The notes beneath the pieces are model-generated. The model had not been told where the DNA came from, did no database searches, and saw only the letters and a program-made list of their open reading frames with translations. The position numbers were made by a program, and so were the translations under genes. Shown one piece after another: positions 29,382-38,536 of a stretch of 64,000 bases of DNA. This DNA is from Candidatus Culexmicrobium cathedralense (GTDB lineage: Archaea; Thermoproteota; Methanomethylicia; Culexarchaeales; Culexmicrobiaceae). The DNA lies in contig JANZKC010000001.1 in assembly GCA_025061115.1 (NCBI GenBank), forward strand, positions 32,001 through 96,000, given 5' to 3'. Each line of letters begins with the position of its first letter. Position 1 is the first letter of the stretch.

Positions 29382-30125
29382 TTAATTTCTATTCTCTTCA
29401 ACATCTATTGTTTCTTTTAGAGTTTTTAGTATTCTCTCAGTTACTTTTTCTATGAGTTGCTTTGCGAATTCAGCTGATGATTTTGTTGGATCACCTATAC
29501 CTCCAGTGTTTGTTATTTCATTAAAGTACCTGAAACTTGATATTGGAGGTCTACTTCTAATCTTTGGTTTAACAATTTTTTGCTTTCTTACGAGTTCTGG
29601 TCTGTAGTAGAGTATTATGCTTGTCTCGTGTTCACATGCGTGGCCCCAGCCAGGCGTAGTCCATGCATCTATAAGGTCTCTTGCATATGAAGTCCAGTGA
29701 ACAAGATATGTTTTCATTCCTGTCTCTCTTCTTATGATTTGCATTGCTATTGAAAGTGCTGATAAGTTTCCTCCGTGGAAGTTCATTATTAGAAATCTTT
29801 TAGCTCCATGTCTATAAACGCTTAGACCTATGTCTTTAATTAATTGGATATATGTTTCAGGCTTGATCGTTATTGTTCCAGGAAACTTCATGTGGTGTTC
29901 CGAGCATCCGTACGGGAGTGTTGGTAGTTTAATTAATTTCAAGCCATACTTATCTGAGCTTTTTAGTACTTCATCTACTAGATATGTTGCTCTTAATGAA
30001 TCTACGTTTAATGGTAGGTGCAAGCCGTGCTGTTCCAGACTTCCTGTCGGCAATATCACGTAGTCTGCTTCTTTAAATGCTTTTTCCGCTTCTTCCCAGG
30101 TTAGTTCCTCTAATTTCCAATACAT
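29382..30125 (-). CDS. Creatininase/creatinine amidohydrolase family protein
   Basis: GSLEQHGLHLP..D, SEHH..FPGT, NFHGGN, HA.E.ETS. Confidence 0.93.
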   Translation of the reverse strand: MYWKLEELTWEEAEKAFKEADYVILPTGSLEQHGLHLPLNVDSLRATYLVDEVLKSSDKYGLKLIKLPTLPYGCSEHHMKFPGTITIKPETYIQLIKDIGLSVYRHGAKRFLIMNFHGGNLSALSIAMQIIRRETGMKTYLVHWTSYARDLIDAWTTPGWGHACEHETSIILYYRPELVRKQKIVKPKIRSRPPISSFRYFNEITNTGGIGDPTKSSAEFAKQLIEKVTERILKTLKETIDVEENRN

Positions 30126-30181
30126 ATTCTCACCACTATTTTAAGGATAAAAATAAATAAAAATAAATAATTTATTTCAGG

Positions 30182-30856
30182 TCATTTTGACTTCATTTTC
30201 TCCATGTATATTGCTATTCCTAGAAGGATGATTGCTACCGGTATCATGTAGTATGCAGGTTCGGTGAAGAATAGGAATTGCAGCCTTCCTATTAGCAGTG
30301 AGATTCTTGCCATTACGGTTGTTCCGAAGGCAGCTCCGAAGGCAATCATTAATACGTATCTGCCTATTTTAGCTGAAATTCCAACTATACCTTTGTGTTC
30401 AACTGTTGCGAAGAAGTATGATAATGCGGTTGCCAATCCAAATACTAGCACTATATTGCTAAATGTTGTTTGCGGATCCCCAGTCACTAGCGGAACTATT
30501 GTATATCTTATCTGCTCCATAAATCTCGTCTTTAACATGTATACTAAGGACACGCCTATTCCTGATCCAACTGTTATTGCCATTGGATATCTGTAAACCC
30601 AGAAGTACTTTCTTGAGAAGTAGAATAGGAAAAGCAGTCCCAGAAGTATTGGTAGGTACCATTCAAACCTTCCTTCGGAAATTGGCTTTTCAACTATTCT
30701 TCTAATTGAATCCATTGAGAATACGAATCCGTAGCCAGCTGCCATTCCAATGAATAAATGCTCTGCTATTCTATATGCCCTGTTTTCCCTCCATAGGTAG
30801 CTGAATAGGGCGAGCGTCATTCCAGCAGCAATTAGAGTTATTATAGTCTCCTTCAC
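30182..30856 (-). CDS. Integral membrane protein, 4th gene of DUF6754 cluster
   Basis: FSYLWRENRAYRIAEHLFIG...GRYVLMIAFGAAFG.TVMARISLLIGR. Confidence 0.85.
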   Translation of the reverse strand: MKETIITLIAAGMTLALFSYLWRENRAYRIAEHLFIGMAAGYGFVFSMDSIRRIVEKPISEGRFEWYLPILLGLLFLFYFSRKYFWVYRYPMAITVGSGIGVSLVYMLKTRFMEQIRYTIVPLVTGDPQTTFSNIVLVFGLATALSYFFATVEHKGIVGISAKIGRYVLMIAFGAAFGTTVMARISLLIGRLQFLFFTEPAYYMIPVAIILLGIAIYMEKMKSK

Positions 30857-31680
30857 TTTTCACTCCTCCTTTGCGCGAAGAAGTATCCGATGTTGCCTAG
30901 AATGACGAATATTATAATTAGCATGTGTCCTAGAGATTGTGCATCCATTGCTTTAACTGCACTTCCAGGTCTGCCAATAAGCAGTTCATATTCTGCGCCG
31001 CCTCTAAGCCCATTTAGGAAGCCTATAACTTTCTCTGGCCAGTAGGCGTAAACTCTGCTGGATAGTACTGCTGTGACTAGACCCGCTATTGGCGTGCCAT
31101 ATGGGTCTGTTATTAGCATGACGTAGCCGTCAACTGATGAGCCAGTTGCAACAGCATATAGTGCAAAGTCAGCTGCAGTTTTAACGCCCTCCATTATTGG
31201 AAGCTTAGTTAAGTCGTTTCCATACACGTCCGTTTTCATGTAATATACGTCTTCGGTGAATGATCTTAAACCAACGGAGCCGCCTGGCCTATATCCTAGA
31301 TTAACGAATTTCTTTCCGTAGTCCGGGTGGTCTTTCGTGCCTCCAAAAACTTCTTTCATAGTTATTTCTATGAATTGAACTCCTTCAACTCTTGATGCTA
31401 TGAATATTATTCTTGCTCCCTTCTCAGCTAGATGCCTCGTAACTGCTATAAACTGGGGTAGGCATTCCGCTGCTGTTGAAGGATTCATATCTGAATCCAT
31501 AACCACTACGCTTCCAGGAGATATCCTCTCTTCAATGAAGTCATATAGAGTTTTTGTTTCTGGGCTAATTGATATTGGTAATCTAATTGGCTTGAGTAGT
31601 GGGACACTAACTACAATGAACATTAGCAAGTATAGAATTCTTGGATCAATTTCCTGCAATTTAATTAGTGCTTTACTCAC
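30853..31680 (-). CDS. Membrane-anchored protein, 3rd gene of DUF6754 cluster
   Basis: N- and C-terminal TMs; DYGK.FVNLGY, GLRGGAEYE, MDAQSLGH. Confidence 0.85.
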   Translation of the reverse strand: MSKALIKLQEIDPRILYLLMFIVVSVPLLKPIRLPISISPETKTLYDFIEERISPGSVVVMDSDMNPSTAAECLPQFIAVTRHLAEKGARIIFIASRVEGVQFIEITMKEVFGGTKDHPDYGKKFVNLGYRPGGSVGLRSFTEDVYYMKTDVYGNDLTKLPIMEGVKTAADFALYAVATGSSVDGYVMLITDPYGTPIAGLVTAVLSSRVYAYWPEKVIGFLNGLRGGAEYELLIGRPGSAVKAMDAQSLGHMLIIIFVILGNIGYFFAQRRSEK

Positions 31681-32332
31681 CTTCCCTCACCCTCCCCATC
31701 CAACCTCGCTCATAGCCTAATAGCGTTCTAATGTATAGTGCCACTGTTGCTAGAGTTGCGGATATCATGATCACTCTAGCTCCAGCCTTATTTGGAACGT
31801 CAAGTAGCCAGTGAGCTAGCGGCGGAAGGCCGCTCCAGATAAGTTCACCTAATGGTATTTTGCCGAGCATCACTATTATTCCTGCGGTTAATAGCAACGT
31901 TGATTCAAGAGTTCTAGCTCTAAATGCTCTGTAGGCTGCAGAAGCTATGAAGAAGCATAGCAGTGAAAATATGGTTGCATCTCCTGGAGTTAGGAATGCG
32001 TCGTACAAGTCGCTTAAAACCGGATTATCACCGGGCAAAATGCCTATAGCCCAGTAGCCGAAGCCAACAATAATCGTCGTGAACATTATGCCTAATAGCA
32101 TCAAGCTTTCAACCCATCCACGCCTTCGCTTAATAACCCTATAGATGTGGATTCTGGCTAATGCGATAGTTGAAATTAGAATTGTTAAACTTGCAATTAC
32201 ACTTGCTGATTGAGTTACTGATCCCGCTATTGCATTGTACTCCGGCCACTCTAGAACTCCATCAAGAATTATGAAAACTGCAGTTAAAGTTGTAATTATT
32301 AGGGGGATATCTCGAGTGTAAACTCTAGACAT
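31673..32332 (-). CDS. Integral membrane protein, 2nd gene of DUF6754 cluster
   Basis: ATIFSLL.FFIASAAYRAFRAR..E..LL...IVMLG. Confidence 0.85.
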   Translation of the reverse strand: MSRVYTRDIPLIITTLTAVFIILDGVLEWPEYNAIAGSVTQSASVIASLTILISTIALARIHIYRVIKRRRGWVESLMLLGIMFTTIIVGFGYWAIGILPGDNPVLSDLYDAFLTPGDATIFSLLCFFIASAAYRAFRARTLESTLLLTAGIIVMLGKIPLGELIWSGLPPLAHWLLDVPNKAGARVIMISATLATVALYIRTLLGYERGWMGRVREGE

Positions 32333-32340
32333 GATCCCAC

Positions 32341-33162
32341 CTACATTTTAATTATGTCAACGATAATATTCATTCCAAAGGATAACAGTATTGCTCCTAG
32401 AAGCAATATTGCTAGCGATATGACTCTGAGAATATCCTGTGAAAACACTGTTCCAACTTGGTGGGGATCGCCTGAAATGTATGCTCCGGCAGTCATCAGC
32501 TCTTCAGATATCAACGTGTAATCGCATGCAGCTACGAAGAAGGGTATTTGATAGCTATTTGCAGTTCCAGCTATTTGAATAGCTCCAACTAGGTTTCCGG
32601 ATTCAGCTATCAATAGAGATTCTGCTGCGAAGTAGCCTAGAAGCATGCTTGCAGCAACTCGCTCTCTTTGAATTATTCCCATTACTCCGCTTGCAAAGGC
32701 GAATTGCCTTGAAGTCACCCAAATAATGTTTTCAGGTTTGAATTTCTCAGGCTTGCCAGCTTCAAGGTAAGCTTGACGTACAACTTCCGTTGCAATCATT
32801 TGGAGGCCAGGCCACCTAAATGTAACTATTAAAGGAGTATCATATTCAGCGCATTTCCTTGCAACATATTGGAGTATACTCAGTGAAGCTATTGTTTGAG
32901 GCACGTCATAACCTGAAACTAGGTCTCCCAATCCAAGGCAGTAATGCACTGGCCTCCCCATCTCAGTTGCCCTTCCGATAGCCTCATCTAATGCATCAAT
33001 AGCTGCAAGTCTCCTAATTTTTGGAATGTATATATTCCTCTTAATCAGTGTAAGTGCTATGCCGAATGCTATCACTGTAATGATGAACAGCGCAAAAGGT
33101 GTTGCATATCCCTCTTTGAAAGCTACTTCTCCAATGATTGAGGGGAATTGCATCAATGGCAT
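32341..33162 (-). CDS. DUF6754 domain-containing membrane protein
   Basis: IRRLAAIDALDEAIGRATEMGRP, QFAFA, AESL..AE.G, QIPFFVAACDYTLI.EE. Confidence 0.85.
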   Translation of the reverse strand: MPLMQFPSIIGEVAFKEGYATPFALFIITVIAFGIALTLIKRNIYIPKIRRLAAIDALDEAIGRATEMGRPVHYCLGLGDLVSGYDVPQTIASLSILQYVARKCAEYDTPLIVTFRWPGLQMIATEVVRQAYLEAGKPEKFKPENIIWVTSRQFAFASGVMGIIQRERVAASMLLGYFAAESLLIAESGNLVGAIQIAGTANSYQIPFFVAACDYTLISEELMTAGAYISGDPHQVGTVFSQDILRVISLAILLLGAILLSFGMNIIVDIIKM

Positions 33163-33277
33163 CTCCCCTCTTACTTTTAAAAATTTGCCAAATTATATAT
33201 CTTTGCAGCCATTTATAAATTTCTATTATTAAATCAATGTTTCCGAATCGAAATTTTACAATAGCAAAGACGACAAA

Positions 33278-33294
33278 TGTTCACCAAGTGACCA
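33278..33294. promoter_or_regulatory. Imperfect palindrome upstream of the three-gene wHTH module
   Basis: TGTTCAC-CAA-GTGACCA next to a TATA-like TTTTATTA; related half-site GGTGATCA at 33319-33326. Confidence 0.4.
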
Positions 33295-33353
33295 CTTTTA
33301 TTATTAAAAATCTAAGTAGGTGATCATTGCATTATCATATGGAGGTGATTTAA

Positions 33354-33704
33354 ATGGGCGAAGAGTTTGAAGAAAAGAGAGAGAATATTGAGGAGCTGAA
33401 AAAGGTATTCTCAACCATTGTAAACTTCGTAAAGGAAGTGAAAACACCTCTCATAGATCTGATAAAGTCAATAATGACAGTAGTAAGTGGAAGTGACCTA
33501 GGTGAAGACGTAGCGACTTTTTATAAGAAGTTGAAGGAAAGTGGAATGCCTCAAGAAGTAGCAGTAAACTTAACCAGCAACTATCTTTCAGCTAGACTAA
33601 GCATTCTTAAGGAGTTCGGATCAATAATTTCAAATCTTGCATCGAAGAAAAAGTGGAGCCCAGAAGAAATAGAGGAGCTAATTAAAGAAGCTAAGGAAAA
33701 ATAA
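33354..33704 (+). CDS. Conserved archaeal amphipathic helical hypothetical protein
   Basis: GGAGGTGA RBS; G.DVATFYKKLKESGMPQEVA..LT..Y. Confidence 0.8.
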   Translation: MGEEFEEKRENIEELKKVFSTIVNFVKEVKTPLIDLIKSIMTVVSGSDLGEDVATFYKKLKESGMPQEVAVNLTSNYLSARLSILKEFGSIISNLASKKKWSPEEIEELIKEAKEK

Positions 33705-33753
33705 AGAAGAAGGAATAGGAAAACGATAAGCAAGTCGTATAAAAGAATAATGT

Positions 33754-34191
33754 GTGATCCAATTGAAAAGTGAAAGAGAGACACTTGAAGGATTCAGAGA
33801 ACTTTTAAAAGCGATACTTCAAAGACTCGAGCGAATAGAGAAAATGCTTTATGCAACTGGAGTGAGTGATGCCGAAGTAGTGAGTATAGCAAGTAAGCTT
33901 ATTTTGGCCTTTTCACTCCCAGCTTTAAGGGCATATGAAATTACATCTAGAATATTGAACTTGATAGGAAGCAGAAGATTAGACGACATTTCAAAAACCA
34001 TTATCGAAGTTTTAGCAGTTAAAGGTCCACAAACAATATCTGAACTAACAAGAAATGTAAGAGAAATTAGGGGAACAGCTTCTAGAAGAATCATAGGTGA
34101 AAGGATTAGAAAGCTTGAGGAAATAGGGATAATAGAAACTGAGAGAAGAGGCACCAGAGTTATAGTTAAGCTAAGTGATGAAAATGGCTAA
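33754..34191 (+). CDS. Winged-helix transcription regulator with N-terminal coiled coil
   Basis: LDDISKTIIEVL...TISELTR.VR..RGTASRRII.ER...LEE.GII. Confidence 0.82.
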   Translation: MIQLKSERETLEGFRELLKAILQRLERIEKMLYATGVSDAEVVSIASKLILAFSLPALRAYEITSRILNLIGSRRLDDISKTIIEVLAVKGPQTISELTRNVREIRGTASRRIIGERIRKLEEIGIIETERRGTRVIVKLSDENG

Positions 34192-34432
34192 AATCATACA
34201 AGCAATTAAAGCAATAATTTTATTAATTTACCTTTCAGTCGAAGTAGGTTTAATATACTTGAAATTTAAACTGTGGTTCTTAATTAACAGAATGAGACTT
34301 GTAAGAGAATTTAAGAAGCAATTAAAAAAGCAAGGATTAGAAGGCGATAATCTAAATGAATTAGTAAAAATATATTCAAAATATTTAAAAGAAATAGAAA
34401 TAAGCATATTAAAACAATTTAAAATTAAATAA
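34175..34432 (+). CDS. Small hypothetical protein with hydrophobic N-terminal helix
   Basis: Overlaps previous gene; FKKQLKKQGL...L..L...Y. Confidence 0.7.
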   Translation: MMKMAKIIQAIKAIILLIYLSVEVGLIYLKFKLWFLINRMRLVREFKKQLKKQGLEGDNLNELVKIYSKYLKEIEISILKQFKIK

Positions 34433-34614
34433 AAATATTATCTTGCTTCCTTAAGTAAATTATTATTGATTAAAGTCTTTGAATAGGTATTCTTCGAGCT
34501 AATTAAGCCATATTTCGCATACTTAAAACTTCACATAGTGTAAATCATTTAAGCAAAATTGTCGCTATAATTTAAAGATTCATATTGAGCAACGGTTGAT
34601 GCGAGGAGTAAGTT

Positions 34615-35781
34615 ATGGACGAGAAGACAAGTGCATTAATGAAAATAAAGGAAATTGCACTTCTTTCAATCGCTCTTTCATTTACAGTTCTAATTAGCAT
34701 GAATGTTGTTCTACCAAACTACATAGCGAATCTTGGCGCCGACATTGCTTTGATTGGCTTAGCATTCTCGCTTCGCTCCATAGTTAGATGCATTGCTAGG
34801 TTAATTTGTGGGTTCGGCTCTAATTTTCTAACTAGGAGACTGATTATTTTACTTGGCTTATTCATTAAGGCTTTAGCGTTCTTCATAATTTACTCTGCAA
34901 TTAATGTTATTATGGTTGCTGTCGGCATGATGTTTTTAGCCTTTTCTGAAGGACTGATTGAGCCTATATTTTTGTCTAGTACTGCTGATGTTTTCGCGGA
35001 AACCTCAATGGCTGCAATGGCTTTTGGCATTGCATTTTCCATAAGGAGAAGCCCAAGCGTTATTGCTCCAGCATTTACTGGCTTTATAGCGGATAACTTA
35101 GGGGTTAGATTTACCTTTCTACTTGGCGTGATATTTTCAATTCTTGGAGCAATTGTTTCTTTGAAAATCAAGTTTGAGAACTACAATCATGGTAATGAGA
35201 ATAAAATTAATTTGATCAACATTAAAAGTTTAATGAATAGGCCATTTATTTTACTGCTCTTATCATCAGTTTTCCTATTTATGGCTGTAGGCGCGTTGGG
35301 ACCAATATTTTCTTATTGGGTTGTAAATGAACTTGGATATAGTTACACAATTCTAGGCATGATTCTTACTGCAGGAGCTTTCGTGGGACTACTATCTAGA
35401 ATTTATATTGGTTACGTTTCAGATAAAATTGGTCATATAAATACGCTAATTATTGTAGGTTTAATTAGAATACTTTCAGTTTTACTTTTAATCTTTGTAA
35501 GAGATCCTGTTTTAATAGCAGTTTCCTATTTGCTTAGAGTTTCAGTTGTGGCGGCGCCACCTAGAAATGCTCTAATTTCTACTCTTTGTGAACGTGAATT
35601 CTATAATTTAGCGTATAGTGTTGTTGGAATGTTTATTGATGTTGGTAGAATTATAGGCCCCGTATTTGTTGGATACATCATAGATCTATATGGGTTTAGT
35701 TTTGGATTCATAGTCATCTCGCTTTTTCTGTTTGCTTTCATTTTAGCCCTATTATTTCTCAAAATAATTCTACAAAAATAA
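34615..35781 (+). CDS. MFS transporter
   Basis: About 12 TM segments; GYVSDKIG motif. Confidence 0.9.
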   Translation: MDEKTSALMKIKEIALLSIALSFTVLISMNVVLPNYIANLGADIALIGLAFSLRSIVRCIARLICGFGSNFLTRRLIILLGLFIKALAFFIIYSAINVIMVAVGMMFLAFSEGLIEPIFLSSTADVFAETSMAAMAFGIAFSIRRSPSVIAPAFTGFIADNLGVRFTFLLGVIFSILGAIVSLKIKFENYNHGNENKINLINIKSLMNRPFILLLLSSVFLFMAVGALGPIFSYWVVNELGYSYTILGMILTAGAFVGLLSRIYIGYVSDKIGHINTLIIVGLIRILSVLLLIFVRDPVLIAVSYLLRVSVVAAPPRNALISTLCEREFYNLAYSVVGMFIDVGRIIGPVFVGYIIDLYGFSFGFIVISLFLFAFILALLFLKIILQK

Positions 35782-35959
35782 AAATGTTGATATTTGATTG
35801 TGGCGACTTCCATTTCGTGCACCTTGAGTGAGGTTGACTTGGGTCTAGATTAGATTGAGGAAATAGGCGAATTCCTTTGGTTGAATCAACTTCTTCAGGC
35901 GACGCAACTGATGTACAGAGATATTTGTTATTTTCCTTCTTTAGCCAAGGACATGGCAT
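35759..35959 (-). CDS. Small CPW-motif Cys protein (paralog of 10659..10835; possibly decaying)
   Basis: MPCPWLKKENNKYLCTS...PQSNLDPSQPHSRCTKWKSP; third Cys is CGC (Arg); extended tail overlaps the MFS stop. Confidence 0.6.
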   Translation of the reverse strand: MPCPWLKKENNKYLCTSVASPEEVDSTKGIRLFPQSNLDPSQPHSRCTKWKSPQSNINIFIFVELF

Positions 35960-36029
35960 AAACAGACCCGATAGAATCCCATCATTTACATATTTAAATA
36001 TATCTTTTTACTTAAATTAAGTTTCAATT

Positions 36030-36234
36030 TTAGAATGAAGTCATCAATGACATCATCGATTTAAATTGAATTGTTCCGCCGAGAGCTTTAATACATCTTA
36101 TATCGAAGTTCTTTCCTACTTTAATTATTACCCTAACCTTCTCGTCAAATTTAATTGCATTCGCAAATTCAATTGTTGAAGCTAATACTAGCAGCATTAC
36201 TAAGAAATACGATATTTTTAATATTTTTAGCCAA
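36030..36234 (-). pseudogene. 5' remnant of a secreted protein (signal peptide plus subtilisin propeptide-like segment)
   Basis: KISYFLVMLLVLASTIEFANA-IKFDEKVRVIIKV...IKALGGTI then early stop; TTG at 36234 is out of frame. Confidence 0.4.
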
Positions 36235-36373
36235 GAAAGTCCCCATACATTACTGCCATTATTGATATTTAAAAATAGCGAAATTTAACACTATAGTAAC
36301 TTCACTCATTACATACATCAAGTTGTAAAGCAAAAAATTGTAAGTTACTGTTGAAACTAAAGGTATCCAATAG

Positions 36374-37795
36374 CTATTTTTGCCAAATGTCCAGTGGCGG
36401 CTTTACTTCTGGCGGAATTGGCGACCTATACTTTCTGCCTCTAAGTCTTCTTCTATGTTCCTCTTGTGCTTTTTGAAGTATTTCAGGTTTAGTTAGTAGG
36501 TCTAATGCTGTTGCAGCCATGATTTTAGCAGCAAAGATAAGCGATTTACGGGATATGCCTGCTCCGCTTTGAGCAGTAGCTTGCCATGAGTGGCCAGGCG
36601 TTCCCAGAACCCAAGATGCTGTGCTAAATTCCACTGTTGGAGCCTGCCAGCTTACATCTGCTACATCAGTTGAACCATACATTACTTCTCCTTCGCCCCA
36701 TGGATCTGGAACTTCATCATCTATAAGTTTATCAACTAATCTCTCCCATCCGGGTCTCTTAGATTTTCTAAGTTGATTTATTTTCATCTCGGGAGTTATT
36801 GTCTTAGCTATTTCCTTTGCAAAATTCAGCTCTTCCTCATCATATTTTGGTAAGCCTATTTCCCTCATGTTCTTAACTATAAGCTCGGCTATTGTTCTGT
36901 TAGGTATTAAGTTGTAGGCTCCTCCAATAAATTCAATTTTAACTTCAGTTCTTGTCATTAATGCAGCTCCTTTAGCTATATCAAGGATCCAATTGTAAAT
37001 GTGTTCTACTTGATCTCTTTCAGGTGCTCTTATGTAATACCAGCTTCGGGCATAGTCTGGAACTATGTTTGGCTGGGCTCCGCCCTTCTCGATTACGTAA
37101 TGGATTCTTGCTTCTTGGCTTACATGCTCGCGCAGGTAGTTTACTCCTATATTCATGAGCTCAACAGCGTCAAGCGCACTTCTACCTTCTTCTGGCGATG
37201 CAGCAGCGTGACTTGCTTTACCGTAGAAGTGGAATTTAACTGAATTTACTGCTAAGCAGCTTTTCAGGGTTACTGCATTCATCGTTCCTGGATGATGACT
37301 TATGATTGCATCTACATCCTTGAAGCATCCTTCCCTCACCATGTAGACTTTTCCATCGAAGTTTTCTTCCGCTGGGCATCCGAAGAACTTTATCGTTCCC
37401 TTCAATCCATGCTTCTTCATAGCTATTTTAACGGCTATGGCAGCTGCAGCTCCAGAAGTTCCATGCAAATTGTGTCCGCAGCCATGGCCTGGGGCTCCTG
37501 GAACTAAAGGCTCTTTCCATGGAACTTTCTTTTGTGATAGTCCTGGTAGTGCGTCGTATTCTCCCATTATTCCTATTACTGGTTTTCCTTCACCCCACGT
37601 GGCAATGAAGGCTGTTGGCATACCAGCAACTCCACGCTCAACCTTAAAGCCGTGGCGCTCCAATTCATCAGCTAATAGTGCTGATGATTTGAATTCAATT
37701 AGTCCTAGTTCTGCATACTCCCAAATTTTATCGCTGATCTCAATAATTCGACCCTTATTCTCCTCAATCCACTTAAAGGCGGTTTCCTTAACCAT
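36374..37795 (-). CDS. M20D amidohydrolase (p-aminobenzoyl-glutamate hydrolase AbgB-like)
   Basis: EYDALPG, HGCGHN, PAEE, GRSALDA, GSTDVADVSW, HSWQ. Confidence 0.92.
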   Translation of the reverse strand: MVKETAFKWIEENKGRIIEISDKIWEYAELGLIEFKSSALLADELERHGFKVERGVAGMPTAFIATWGEGKPVIGIMGEYDALPGLSQKKVPWKEPLVPGAPGHGCGHNLHGTSGAAAAIAVKIAMKKHGLKGTIKFFGCPAEENFDGKVYMVREGCFKDVDAIISHHPGTMNAVTLKSCLAVNSVKFHFYGKASHAAASPEEGRSALDAVELMNIGVNYLREHVSQEARIHYVIEKGGAQPNIVPDYARSWYYIRAPERDQVEHIYNWILDIAKGAALMTRTEVKIEFIGGAYNLIPNRTIAELIVKNMREIGLPKYDEEELNFAKEIAKTITPEMKINQLRKSKRPGWERLVDKLIDDEVPDPWGEGEVMYGSTDVADVSWQAPTVEFSTASWVLGTPGHSWQATAQSGAGISRKSLIFAAKIMAATALDLLTKPEILQKAQEEHRRRLRGRKYRSPIPPEVKPPLDIWQK

Positions 37796-37879
37796 TAAAA
37801 TTCACCTGGAGTTGACTATATTAGCTTAGCTAATAAAGCTTTAAGATTTGACATTATCAACTAAATTTTATTTCTCTGC

Positions 37880-38485
37880 TCACATTCTCCGATACAACTT
37901 CAGTGCAGTATGGATATTCCAGATGGAAGCTGATATTGAAGATAGAAGTTCAGGTATTGCTACACCATGTATTCCATAAGTTTTCCATGGAATCAGCCAT
38001 GGAAAGATTGCGAGTACTGCAAGTATGAGGGTTGCTGCACCCAACTTAATCTCCCTGCATTCTTTAATTAGAGAAATTGCAAAAAAGATTAGCGAAATTG
38101 GAGTTAAAGTAAAGAATGAAAGCGAAACGTAAAAGTGAATTCTCCCAGCACTTTCTGGAAATACGCCTATTAATGCTAGGGATGTTGATGAAGCGAAATA
38201 AAAAGTAGATCCAATAACGCCTATAAGGCCATTAAAGTAATTTGAAAGGCTGAATGTAAAAATAATTTGTATCGCTCCAGCTAAAATCAATCCAAAATTA
38301 AATATATATGCGGAGCTCTTCCACACACCTAAATCGCTTAAAGCATTTTTAAACCAGGAGAAATGCGGCATTTGCATGATCGCTAAGGCTATGGACGAAT
38401 ATGCAATTGCAGGAGCAATAAATCCGCAGATAGCAAAGTACTTTAATTTCATGCTCAAAATCATAACCTCAAATGAAATTATCAT
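37880..38485 (-). CDS. DUF998 family membrane protein
   Basis: FSW..NALSDLG...FN.GL...IGVFPE...H...S..FF...AIPE. Confidence 0.85.
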   Translation of the reverse strand: MIISFEVMILSMKLKYFAICGFIAPAIAYSSIALAIMQMPHFSWFKNALSDLGVWKSSAYIFNFGLILAGAIQIIFTFSLSNYFNGLIGVIGSTFYFASSTSLALIGVFPESAGRIHFYVSLSFFTLTPISLIFFAISLIKECREIKLGAATLILAVLAIFPWLIPWKTYGIHGVAIPELLSSISASIWNIHTALKLYRRM

Positions 38486-38536
38486 ATGCTACTTAAAATT
38501 TAAATTTTGAATTGCGATTGATAAGTTTTAATTTGG

